In this document: in pieces, positions 56,023-64,000 of the stretch
How the letters are laid out: every line of letters starts with the position of its first letter
Numbering within the stretch: the stretch's first letter is position 1
Source of the DNA: Bacillota bacterium
GTDB taxonomy: Bacteria; Bacillota_I; Bacilli_A; RF39; UBA660
NCBI GenBank assembly: GCA_015059495.1
Contig: SVAI01000001.1
Location: forward strand, 1,154,207 to 1,218,206
DNA: 64,000 bases
Direction of reading: 5' to 3'
Program-made: the position numbers and the translations under genes
Notes under the pieces: model-generated
What the model saw: only the letters and a program-made list of their open reading frames with translations
The model's database searches: none
What the model was told of the DNA's origin: nothing

Positions 56023-56199
56023 ATGAAAGTAAAACTATTTGACGAAGAATCAGAAAAAGATTTAGAAATTTCCTTAAACCAATTTTTAAATAACGATAAA
56101 TATGATATAATAGATATCAAGTACTGTATCTCATCTTCTATGTTTTTAGAAGAGCAGATTTACTGCTTTAGTGCAATGGTATGGTACAATGAAAAGTAA
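56023..56199 (+). CDS. Cse60 (YteV)-like small sporulation protein
   Basis: 58 aa. MKVKLFDEESEKDLE...IIDIKY...QIYCFSAMVWY recalls B. subtilis Cse60. GGTGA RBS before ATG 56023. Confidence 0.5.
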   Translation: MKVKLFDEESEKDLEISLNQFLNNDKYDIIDIKYCISSSMFLEEQIYCFSAMVWYNEK

Positions 56200-56209
56200 G
56201 TGGTTAGAA

Positions 56210-57844
56210 ATGAAAAAAAGTTCGTTTATTGAAGGTACATTTATTGCAACATTAGCAATTATTATTGTTAAGATTATGGGTATGTTATATGTTATACCAT
56301 TTTATGCAGTAATCGGAATTGAAGGTAGTGCATTATATGCCTATGCATATAATATCTATAATATCTTTTTAGATATATCTACCATAGGATTTCCAATTGC
56401 AATGTCTAAAATAACAAACGAATATAATACTTTAAAAATGATGGATGCTAAACAAAGAGCATATAAAATAGCTATAAATATTATGAGATTCATGTCTATA
56501 GCAATATTTATTATTCTATTTATATTTGCTAGAGGTATAGCAACATTAATTATAAGTGATCTATCAGGTGGTAATACAATCGAAGATGTTACTACTGCTA
56601 TTCGTTTTGTATCTTTAGCAATACTTGTAATACCATATCTAAGTGTAACTAAAGGTTATTTACAAGGACATAAAATAATTAATATTCCTTCAATAGGTAA
56701 TATATTAGAACAAGTAATAAGAATAGTTATTGTTTTAGCAGGAAGTTATGTAGTAGTTAAACTACTTAACAAAGGTTATGCACTAGGTGTAGACATAGCA
56801 CTTCTAGGTGCATTCTTTGGTGGTCTTGTTTCATATGCGTATATTAAAATTCAAATGTCTAAAAACAAAGAAGAATTAGGCTTAGACGATAAAGTAAAAA
56901 AAGATAAAATAACTAATAAAGAAATAACTAAAAAAATAATATCTTATGCTATTCCATTTATTATTATTAATACAGTATCATCATTTTATAATTTTATTGA
57001 TATGTTATTAGTATTAAGAACAATGGAACACATAGGATTTGATGCTGTAACTGTAGAATTTATTGCAACATCTATTTCAACATGGGCATCAAAAATTAAC
57101 ATGATAATTGTTTCAATAGCAATGGGTATGACAATTAGTTTAATACCTTCAATTGTTGAAGCTTATACTCTAAAGAAATGGAAAGATGTTGAAAGAAGAA
57201 TCAACAGTTCTCTAAAGATGATAATCTTTGTATCACTACCAATGGCAGTAGGTCTATCATTTTTAGCACCTAGTGTTTGGTCAGTATTCTATGGAGAAAA
57301 TATTATTGGAGCATCTATTTTAAGTCTATCTGTATTTGTTGCAGTAGCACTTAATATTTATATGGTTACATCTTCAATAGTCCAAGGTTTAAACAAATTT
57401 AAAACTGTTTATATAGCATCAATTACAGGATTTGTTGTAAATGCAGCTCTTGATGTACCTTTAATGTTATTATGTAATAGTATTAATGTACCAGCATATT
57501 TAGGTGCCTTAATATCAAGTATCATTGGATACTTAAGTGCTTCAATTATTGCCTTATATATTATTAAAAAAGAACACAAGATTAATTATAAAGAAACATT
57601 TAAATCAATTACTAAAATATTAGTACCAATAGCATCAATGATGTTAGTACTAGTACTATTAAGTCTAGCTATTAAGGTAGATTTATCATCAAGATTATCA
57701 TGTATAATCTATATAGCAATTAATAGTATTATCGGAGGATTAGTATATATCTATGTATCTTCTAAAATGGGATTACTTAAAGATATAATTGGTCAAAATA
57801 TGATTGATAAAATAAAGAAAAAACTTACCTTTGGTAAGTTATAG
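56210..57844 (+). CDS. MOP-superfamily flippase (SpoVB / YtgP / MurJ-like)
   Basis: About 14 TM. N-terminus MKKSSFIEGTFIATLAIIIVKIMGMLYVIPF is typical of SpoVB/YtgP polysaccharide-biosynthesis proteins (the track's 56171 start overlaps the upstream gene). Confidence 0.8.
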   Translation: MKKSSFIEGTFIATLAIIIVKIMGMLYVIPFYAVIGIEGSALYAYAYNIYNIFLDISTIGFPIAMSKITNEYNTLKMMDAKQRAYKIAINIMRFMSIAIFIILFIFARGIATLIISDLSGGNTIEDVTTAIRFVSLAILVIPYLSVTKGYLQGHKIINIPSIGNILEQVIRIVIVLAGSYVVVKLLNKGYALGVDIALLGAFFGGLVSYAYIKIQMSKNKEELGLDDKVKKDKITNKEITKKIISYAIPFIIINTVSSFYNFIDMLLVLRTMEHIGFDAVTVEFIATSISTWASKINMIIVSIAMGMTISLIPSIVEAYTLKKWKDVERRINSSLKMIIFVSLPMAVGLSFLAPSVWSVFYGENIIGASILSLSVFVAVALNIYMVTSSIVQGLNKFKTVYIASITGFVVNAALDVPLMLLCNSINVPAYLGALISSIIGYLSASIIALYIIKKEHKINYKETFKSITKILVPIASMMLVLVLLSLAIKVDLSSRLSCIIYIAINSIIGGLVYIYVSSKMGLLKDIIGQNMIDKIKKKLTFGKL

Positions 57845-58102
57845 CATATACATATTAGTACTTGTATCTATACTTTCTATTTGTTTATTTTCTAATTTAG
57901 ATATTCTAGAATCAAGTCTATTAATTTGTCTTTCTATTTTTGATAATCTACTTTCATAATCCTCAAAATTATTTTGATTATTAGGATAAGGTCCAAAATA
58001 ACTTTGTTGAGAACCACTAGATAAGTATGGTGTCATAACAGGTACATTATATTGTTGTGCATAAGATGATTCTTGAAAAAAAGAATTTCTATTTCTTAAC
58101 AT
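57839..58102 (-). CDS. small Q/Y/N/P-rich protein with C-terminal coiled coil
   Basis: Strong AGGAGGG RBS. Low-complexity N-terminus (YAQQYNVPVMTPYLSSGSQQSYFGPYPNNQNN) then a heptad segment. Confidence 0.5.
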   Translation of the reverse strand: MLRNRNSFFQESSYAQQYNVPVMTPYLSSGSQQSYFGPYPNNQNNFEDYESRLSKIERQINRLDSRISKLENKQIESIDTSTNMYML

Positions 58103-58142
58103 GTTATCCCTCCTAATTAATTATATGAAAGGAAGTAAAAAA

Positions 58143-58772
58143 ATGCGTATTAGAAATTTAAAAAACACACAAGAGATAGTGGAAAATACTACTTATCTAT
58201 TAAATAATCCAAAAGAATATAAAGGTAAATTTAATAAACTATTTAATAATGATAATCCAATACATTTAGAAATAGGTATGGGTAAAGGTAACTTTATTAT
58301 AAATATGGCTAAAAAATATCCTAATATTAATTTTATAGGATTAGAACTATATACAAATGTTATAGCAAGAGCTATAAAAAAACTTAATGAAGAAGATATC
58401 CCTAACTTAAAATTAATTAATAGTAATGCCTTAGAATTAAATGATATCTTTGATAAGGAAATATCATGTATTTATCTTAACTTCTCAGATCCATGGCCAA
58501 AGAAAAGAAATGCCAAGAGAAGATTAACAAGTGAAGTATTCTTGAAAGTTTATGATAACATCTTTAAAGGTGATAAACTAATCATTCAAAAAACAGATAA
58601 TATTGGTTTATTTGAATCATCAATAGTATCTTTATCTAACTATGGATATACTATCGAAGAAATATCACTAGATTTACATAATACTGACATTGACAATGTT
58701 GAAACAGAATATGAACATAAATTTGCTTCACAAGGTATTAAAATCAATTACTTAAAAGCAAGAAAAAAATAG
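58143..58772 (+). CDS. trmB: tRNA (guanine46-N7)-methyltransferase
   Basis: LEIGMGKGNFIINMAKKYPNINFIGLE SAM motif and NFSDPWPKKRNAKRRL signature. ATG 58143 preferred over the track's 58101. Confidence 0.9.
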   Translation: MRIRNLKNTQEIVENTTYLLNNPKEYKGKFNKLFNNDNPIHLEIGMGKGNFIINMAKKYPNINFIGLELYTNVIARAIKKLNEEDIPNLKLINSNALELNDIFDKEISCIYLNFSDPWPKKRNAKRRLTSEVFLKVYDNIFKGDKLIIQKTDNIGLFESSIVSLSNYGYTIEEISLDLHNTDIDNVETEYEHKFASQGIKINYLKARKK

Positions 58773-58825
58773 TTATTTCAAACTATCAATTAATTTGATA
58801 TAATAACTAAAGTAGGTGAGTATAA

Positions 58826-59467
58826 ATGAAGAAAAGAATATTTCTATTAATAAGTATAATGTTTCTTTTAACTTCATGTACATCAATTAATAAGAAAGAT
58901 TATTCTAAAATAATTGATGAAGTAATAAACAGTAGATATACAATTAACAATGAATATAGAACAGGTTATAAATATTATGCACCAAGTGGTTTAACTTCAA
59001 TGAGTTCAACTGATTATAATGAAGTATTACAATCATCTAAATACAGATATTACTTATATGTAGATGTTGTATCTTATTATAATAGGGTAATTCAAGAGTA
59101 TGATGAAGATTCAAATGCATATTTTTCTAAAGTAATTAACCATGATGATAAATTTGGATATATTGAAATTAATTTACAAGAAAATAAAAAATATTTGGTT
59201 GAAATCATGTATAATTATGCTAAAATAGAAGTAATGGTAGAAGAAGACGATATTAACTATGCAGTAACTAATGCAATGATTGTTCTATCAAGTATCGATT
59301 ATAACTCTGATATCTTATCAAGTATAATCGGAGATAATGTTTTAGAGTTTAATGAAGAAACATTTGATATATTCCAAGCAAAGAAAAAAGAAACTACATA
59401 TTTAGATGTTGGATCGTCTTCAAATACTGAAGAAACTAAAGAACATGATCCAGATTTAATAAAGTAA
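58826..59467 (+). CDS. lipoprotein, function unknown
   Basis: Lipobox LLTSC. AGGTGAG RBS. Confidence 0.55.
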   Translation: MKKRIFLLISIMFLLTSCTSINKKDYSKIIDEVINSRYTINNEYRTGYKYYAPSGLTSMSSTDYNEVLQSSKYRYYLYVDVVSYYNRVIQEYDEDSNAYFSKVINHDDKFGYIEINLQENKKYLVEIMYNYAKIEVMVEEDDINYAVTNAMIVLSSIDYNSDILSSIIGDNVLEFNEETFDIFQAKKKETTYLDVGSSSNTEETKEHDPDLIK

Positions 59468-59482
59468 GAAAGGTGTATTATT

Positions 59483-60394
59483 ATGGGATTATTTAATAAG
59501 ATTAAAAACGTATTATTTACTGAGGAAGAAGAAACAACTGAAATTCCTTTAATTCAAAAGGATGAGTATAAATATGAAGAAAAAGAGGATACTAAAGAAG
59601 AAACTAGTAGATTCAATAACTTCAGAGTTGAGGACAATTTAAATAAATTCGAAGAAAAAGAAAAAGAAGAGGTTAAAGAAGAAATTCCAGTACGTCACGA
59701 AGAAAAACGTGAAGAAATAAGACCTGTTGAAAGATCTCCTTTCCAATCTTTTGATGAAGAAGAATTTGATAGAATTGCTGCAATTAATAAGAATAGATTA
59801 CTAGAAAGAGATAGAAGAGCTAGAGAAGAAAAAGAAAGACAAAATAGATATGCTTTCGAAGAGAAAAAGGTTGAAGTTAGATTACCACAACAAGAAACGC
59901 ATAAATTCAAACCAACTCCAGTTATATCTCCTGTTTATGGTATTTTAGATAAGAATTATACTAAAGATGATATTTTACCAACTGCATCTTCTGAAGGAAC
60001 ACTTCCTAAAATATTAGATGTAGATGCTGTAAGACAAAAAGCATTTGGTAGATTAGATCAAATTGAAAAAGATATCGAAGAAGATAATTTAGATGATATT
60101 AAAATTACTTCATTTGATGATGAAGATGATTCAAAAGTAGTTCTTCCAGAAATTGAAGCAATCGAAGAAGATGTAGAAATAACTACACCTCTACCTAAGA
60201 TTGAAGATGTAGAAAAAGAACTTGAAAAGGAAGAAGAAGTTGCTATTCCAGAAGAAGTAGTAATTCCTGAAGAAGTTGAAGAAGAACCAAAACCAATTCA
60301 AGAGCCAATTAAAGTAGAAGAAGATTCAGACAAAATAGAAAGTGACTTATTTGATTTAATAGATTCAATGTATCAAGAAGAAGGTGAAAACTAA
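59483..60394 (+). CDS. highly acidic E/K-rich protein with N-terminal amphipathic GLFNKIKNVLF motif
   Basis: ORF track; AAAGGTG RBS. Low complexity apart from the PTPVISPVYGIL segment. Confidence 0.5.
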   Translation: MGLFNKIKNVLFTEEEETTEIPLIQKDEYKYEEKEDTKEETSRFNNFRVEDNLNKFEEKEKEEVKEEIPVRHEEKREEIRPVERSPFQSFDEEEFDRIAAINKNRLLERDRRAREEKERQNRYAFEEKKVEVRLPQQETHKFKPTPVISPVYGILDKNYTKDDILPTASSEGTLPKILDVDAVRQKAFGRLDQIEKDIEEDNLDDIKITSFDDEDDSKVVLPEIEAIEEDVEITTPLPKIEDVEKELEKEEEVAIPEEVVIPEEVEEEPKPIQEPIKVEEDSDKIESDLFDLIDSMYQEEGEN

Positions 60395-60696
60395 TGTTTT
60401 ACGAATTCTTACAAATGTTTTTACCAATTATCATATACTTACTATTAATTGCAGTATTAATTATTGCAATTATAATTGGTATTAAATGTGTTACATTATT
60501 AAATAATGTTAATCATTTAACTGAAAGTATATCTGATAAAGTAGACTCATTAAATGGACTATTCAGAGCAATTGACTTTGCTACTGATAAAGTAAGTGAA
60601 GTAACAACTAAAATTGTAGATACAATTGTTAGTGGTGTTTCAAAAGTAGTACATCGTAAATCTAAAAAGGAAAAAGAAGAGGAGGAAGATTTATGA
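60394..60696 (+). CDS. DUF948 (YtxG-like) membrane-anchored protein
   Basis: N-terminal TM then an alpha-helical tail. Sits directly upstream of the YtxH-like gene, as in B. subtilis ytxG-ytxH. Confidence 0.55.
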   Translation: MFYEFLQMFLPIIIYLLLIAVLIIAIIIGIKCVTLLNNVNHLTESISDKVDSLNGLFRAIDFATDKVSEVTTKIVDTIVSGVSKVVHRKSKKEKEEEEDL

Positions 60697-61118
60697 GTAA
60701 GAAAAAAGGATTAGGAAAATTTATACTTGGAGCTGCTGTAGGAGCAGGACTAGGAGTATTATTTGCACCAAAGTCTGGTGAAGAAACTAGAAAAGAATTA
60801 AAGAAAAGCTTAAATGAATTAATTGATAATTTAAAAGATCTAGATAAAGAAGAAGTTAAGAAAAATATCATGAATAAAATTGAAGATATTAAAGACGAAC
60901 TTCAAGATCTAGACAAAGAAAAAGTAGCAGCTATTGCTAAAAAACAAGCTGAAAATATTAAAAAGAAAGCACAAGAATTAGTAGAATATGCTAAAGAAAA
61001 AGGTACTCCAATTCTTGAAAAATCAGCTCAAAAAGTTAAAGATCAAACTATTAAAACTTTAGAAGCTACTTTAGATAAATTAAAAGATTCTGATAAGACT
61101 AAAAAAACTACTAAATAG
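60693..61118 (+). CDS. YtxH-like general stress protein
   Basis: GKFILGAAVGAGLGVLFAPKSGEETRKELK is the YtxH family signature. Confidence 0.8.
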   Translation: MSKKKGLGKFILGAAVGAGLGVLFAPKSGEETRKELKKSLNELIDNLKDLDKEEVKKNIMNKIEDIKDELQDLDKEKVAAIAKKQAENIKKKAQELVEYAKEKGTPILEKSAQKVKDQTIKTLEATLDKLKDSDKTKKTTK

Positions 61119-61141
61119 ACACAAATTTGTGTCTTTTTTTA
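61117..61141 (+). terminator. rho-independent terminator
   Basis: AGACACAAA / TTTGTGTCT palindrome followed by TTTTTTT. Confidence 0.6.
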
Positions 61142-61203
61142 ATATGTTTATCTTGTAAAAAAACTTAATAAATGATATTATTATTACAAGAGTAGGTGTT
61201 AAT

Positions 61204-63075
61204 ATGAAGATTAATTTTAAATATTTAGCATTATCACTTGTTGCATTCTTTTTATTTAGTACAAGTGTATTTGCTAAACCAGTAATTACAAAGGTTGTTC
61301 AACAATATGAATCATCTGGAACTAAAGACCTTTATTTAGTTTATGCAGATGCTAATGGAGGAACAATCACAGGATATATGGTTACTTCAGATATTAAAGG
61401 AACAAATGGAGAATCATATCCTTATACAAGTGCAACTCAACAATATATAACACTACCAAATGGTTTATATTATGTTTGGGTAAAAACAACTAATGAAGTT
61501 TCAGATCCATTTCCAGTATATGTAACTGATTCATGTACTGCAGGTGGAACAGTAACTAATGCTACTGATTCAGGAACATATGAAAGATGTAATAGAAGAT
61601 ATCATGATGGTAGAGAAGTTCAAATAGGAAGCGCATCTGATGCAACTTGTGCTCCTGGTTACAACATGGATGCTGCACAATCAACTATCATTGCTAATGA
61701 TTGTAGTAACAAAAATGCTGCAAAGTATGGTTTAGAATTCAGATATTGTAGAAAAGCTTATAGTTACAAATGTGTTAAAATTCAAAATAGTGGATCATCT
61801 CAAGGTGGAATGAAACCAAGTGATGCTTCAACAGGTAATGCTAAATTAGCTTCATTATCAGTATCAAGTGGAACATTAACTCCAGGATTCCAACCAAGCA
61901 CAGTAAGTTATGCAGTAACAACTGATGCATCTCAAATCACAGTTAGTGCAACACTTCAAAATTCATCTGCAACATTTGTTAGCGGATATGGACCAAGAAC
62001 TGTTAACTTAGGTTATGGTACAAATGTAATTGAAATTAAAACTAAAGATGGTAATACATCTAATACATATACTATTAAAGTAAAAAGAGCAGATCAAAGA
62101 TCATCTGTTAATACATTATCAAGTTTAAATGTAACAAATGGAAAACTAAGTCCAGACTTTAATCCACTTGTAAATGCTTATAATGTAGCTGTTACAGGAG
62201 ATGCTAAGAGTGTTGATGTAACTGCTGTATTAAGTGATTCAAACGCAACATTTGTTGATGGATTTGGACCAAGAACAGTTGAATTAACTGGTGAAACAAC
62301 TAGAGCATCAGTCAAAGTTAAAGCTCAATCTGGTGCAGTTAGAACTTATTCAATGTTATTCTATAAAGAAGGTTCTGAAGTAACTCAACCAGATAATCAT
62401 GCATTACTAAAATCATTAGAATTAAGTGCTGGTAAAATTGAATTTGATTCAAATACATTCGATTACAATGTTACTGTTCCATATGATGTAACAAGTACTG
62501 TTGTAACTGCTATTGCACAAGATGAAAATGACGAAGTAGTTGTTAACGGTGGAGAAAACCTAGAAGCAGATAAATTAAATGAAATTTCAATTATCGTTAC
62601 ATCAAGTGATGGTAAATATTCAAATACATATACAATTTATGTAATCAGAAAGAATGAAGATCTAGGAGTATCTAATAACTCATTACTATCTGATCTTTCA
62701 ATCGACGGATATAATATTAAATTCGATGCTAAAAAAACTGAATACAAAATAAGTGTTCAAGAAGGAGTTAACTCTCTAGTTATTTATGCTACTCCTGCTG
62801 ATAATAGAGCTGTAGTTTCAATCGAAGGAAACGAAAACTTAAAAAATGGTAGTGAGGTTAAAGTTAGAGTAACTGCAGAAGATAACTCATATACTGATTA
62901 TGTTATTAAAGTAAAAATGGTAGGAAAAGGTGGAAACGTATTCCTAACAATAATTGTTGTAATTTTAATTATCCTAGCACTTGCATACTTAGTATTAAGA
63001 GCTATGGGATATAAGATTTACTTAAACTTTGATGCTGTTAAAGATAAAGTTAAAGGAATCTTCAAAAGAAATTAA
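61204..63075 (+). CDS. surface protein with Cys-rich N-terminal domain, four cadherin-like beta-sandwich repeats and C-terminal TM anchor
   Basis: Signal peptide. Four units of about 85-90 aa: L-x-SL-x-[VL]-S-x-G-x-L-x-P-x-F-x-P...Y-x-V-x-V...Y-T-I-x-V-x-R/K. C-terminal TM LTIIVVILIILALAYLVL. Confidence 0.75.
   Translation: MKINFKYLALSLVAFFLFSTSVFAKPVITKVVQQYESSGTKDLYLVYADANGGTITGYMVTSDIKGTNGESYPYTSATQQYITLPNGLYYVWVKTTNEVSDPFPVYVTDSCTAGGTVTNATDSGTYERCNRRYHDGREVQIGSASDATCAPGYNMDAAQSTIIANDCSNKNAAKYGLEFRYCRKAYSYKCVKIQNSGSSQGGMKPSDASTGNAKLASLSVSSGTLTPGFQPSTVSYAVTTDASQITVSATLQNSSATFVSGYGPRTVNLGYGTNVIEIKTKDGNTSNTYTIKVKRADQRSSVNTLSSLNVTNGKLSPDFNPLVNAYNVAVTGDAKSVDVTAVLSDSNATFVDGFGPRTVELTGETTRASVKVKAQSGAVRTYSMLFYKEGSEVTQPDNHALLKSLELSAGKIEFDSNTFDYNVTVPYDVTSTVVTAIAQDENDEVVVNGGENLEADKLNEISIIVTSSDGKYSNTYTIYVIRKNEDLGVSNNSLLSDLSIDGYNIKFDAKKTEYKISVQEGVNSLVIYATPADNRAVVSIEGNENLKNGSEVKVRVTAEDNSYTDYVIKVKMVGKGGNVFLTIIVVILIILALAYLVLRAMGYKIYLNFDAVKDKVKGIFKRN
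61837..62917 (+). repeat. four tandem cadherin-like domain repeats (coding)
   Basis: AKLASLSVSSGTLTPGFQPS..., LSSLNVTNGKLSPDFNPL..., LLKSLELSAGKIEFDSNT..., LLSDLSIDGYNIKFDAKK... Confidence 0.7.
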
Positions 63076-63090
63076 TAATTAAACAAAATA

Positions 63091-63127
63091 AACTCTTTTC
63101 ATAAAATAATATGAAAGGAGTTTTTTT
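63091..63127 (+). terminator. strong terminator whose 3' arm contains the AAAGGAG of the next small ORF
   Basis: 12-bp stem AACTCTTTTCAT / ATGAAAGGAGTT (one G-U) with an 8-nt loop, followed by TTTTT. Confidence 0.65.
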
Positions 63128-63128
63128 A

Positions 63129-63299
63129 ATGTATAGACAAAACATGTATTATAACTATAATGATGAAAGATTTGGTTTCTTTGTTCCTTTTTTACTTGGT
63201 GGTTTAGCAGGTGCAGGAGTCGTAGGTATATCTAGACCTAGACCTGTTTATGTTAATCAAGGCCCTATGCCAAATTCATACTTTTATTACCCTTACTAA
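63129..63299 (+). CDS. possible small Tyr/Pro-rich membrane protein
   Basis: MYRQNMYYNYNDERFGFFVPFLLGGLAGAGVVGISRPRPVYVNQGPMPNSYFYYPY. AAAGGAG 8 nt upstream, but sequestered in the terminator stem. Convergently overlaps the SEDS gene. Confidence 0.35.
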   Translation: MYRQNMYYNYNDERFGFFVPFLLGGLAGAGVVGISRPRPVYVNQGPMPNSYFYYPY

Positions 63300-64000
63300 T
63301 AGTTAGTCCAATTAAAATCATTGATGTAACTATGTGACTACCACCATAACTTATAAATAGGTAAGGTATACCAATGACAGGCACTAACTTTAAATTCATA
63401 GCCAGATTATAAAAACATTGCCATAATATCATATAAAATACGATTCTAGATACAATCGTATTTTTCTTTATTAATATAAATAATATACTAATCGTACAAC
63501 TAACAATAATTACTATTAAACATATATTTTTACTTAATAAATATGATATATAAAAATCATTAAACATTTCTGGAAAATATAATAGTTTTGAAGTCGCTAT
63601 TGATATTAATGCATTAGTACTTTGAATATTATCATCTCTAATAAAATTAGTTAATCTATCTAATCTATAAATTATAGATGAACCAAATATATTAATTAAT
63701 AATTCTTTATTAAATATAACCAAATAGATTGTTAATAATATAATACTTAATAACATTATAATTAAATATTTTTTATACTTCTTTTTAATTCTTCTAAATA
63801 AAAAATATAAATATATTATTAAAAGAGTAATAACACCACCAGTATCAGGTTCTAAAAATATTAATATCATAGGTAATATATTATATAAATTAAATAAATG
63901 TATATTAATTCTTTTATATTTTAAATTAAATAATAACAAAGCTATTTTCATAAATTCAGATGGTTGTATATTAATAAAACCAATACTTAACCATGCTTTA
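63265..64000 (-). CDS. SEDS-family protein (FtsW/RodA/SpoVE), 3' portion; continues beyond the right edge
   Basis: Frame stays open upstream of the track's Met to the window end (...KAWLSIGFINIQPSEFMKIALLL), giving the QPSEFxK hallmark. C-terminal PVIGIPYLFISYGGSHIV motif. Confidence 0.85.
   Translation of the reverse strand, partial: KAWLSIGFINIQPSEFMKIALLLFNLKYKRINIHLFNLYNILPMILIFLEPDTGGVITLLIIYLYFLFRRIKKKYKKYLIIMLLSIILLTIYLVIFNKELLINIFGSSIIYRLDRLTNFIRDDNIQSTNALISIATSKLLYFPEMFNDFYISYLLSKNICLIVIIVSCTISILFILIKKNTIVSRIVFYMILWQCFYNLAMNLKLVPVIGIPYLFISYGGSHIVTSMILIGLTISKGNKSMNLA

Noticed and set aside
59483-60394. Calling the acidic protein SepF
   Set aside because: Only the N-terminal amphipathic motif resembles SepF. 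The conserved SepF C-terminal core is not present.
45682-60871. Minus-strand ORFs 45682-45927, 59695-59910 and 60662-60871
   Set aside because: Antisense within the SDR gene, the acidic-protein gene and the ytxG/ytxH-like genes respectively, with no independent support.

Overview
Very AT-rich chromosomal segment from a spore-forming low-GC Bacillota, read in the standard genetic code. All calls come from reading the ORF translations and the DNA by eye; no database search or computation was run.

The backbone is ordinary housekeeping and sporulation genes in Bacillus-like synteny blocks:
- secG-rnr-smpB
- yerB-like (DUF3048) and ligA
- two tandem dCMP deaminases and a TagO/WecA-type transferase
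- a SigF/G-like sigma factor followed by spoVAC-AD-AE
- scpA-scpB-tdk
- pduL, dus, an SDR and a ynbB-like PLP enzyme
- a TetR regulator divergent from an MMPL transporter
- cse60-like, a ytgP/spoVB-like flippase and trmB
- ytxG/ytxH-like genes, a cadherin-like surface protein and the 3' part of a SEDS (FtsW/RodA) gene

There are two tRNAs (Leu-CAA, Arg-CCU) and many clean hairpin terminators. I saw no rRNA, CRISPR array, transposase, integrase or phage genes.

The stand-out is a roughly 20 kb accessory locus (23.6-43.9 kb) just downstream of tRNA-Arg. It contains:
- three SipW-type signal peptidase paralogues: one canonical, one lacking the Asp box, one with both catalytic residues replaced
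- six proteins with SipW-cognate (TasA/camelysin-class) signal peptides, plus a seventh, membrane-anchored relative
- a 2581-aa protein with about 25-30 copies of a 24-residue YGGGN beta-helix repeat
- a cytoplasmic coiled-coil protein
- in the middle, a membrane-anchored McrB-like GTPase paired with a nuclease-less McrC/DUF2357-like protein

The locus's divergent promoter region carries two exact Spo0A-box heptamers (TGTCGAA). By manual scan the window holds only four exact copies. The other two lie upstream of the sporulation sigma factor and upstream of the last gene of the locus.

I consider this composite fibre/adhesin locus with its McrBC-like module the best candidate for an undescribed system. 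Secondary curiosities:
- orphan pilin-like genes flanking rnr-smpB
- a pair of Cys-rich membrane paralogues
- a degenerate GGDEF sensor
- an MMPL transporter fused to a heptad-repeat ectodomain
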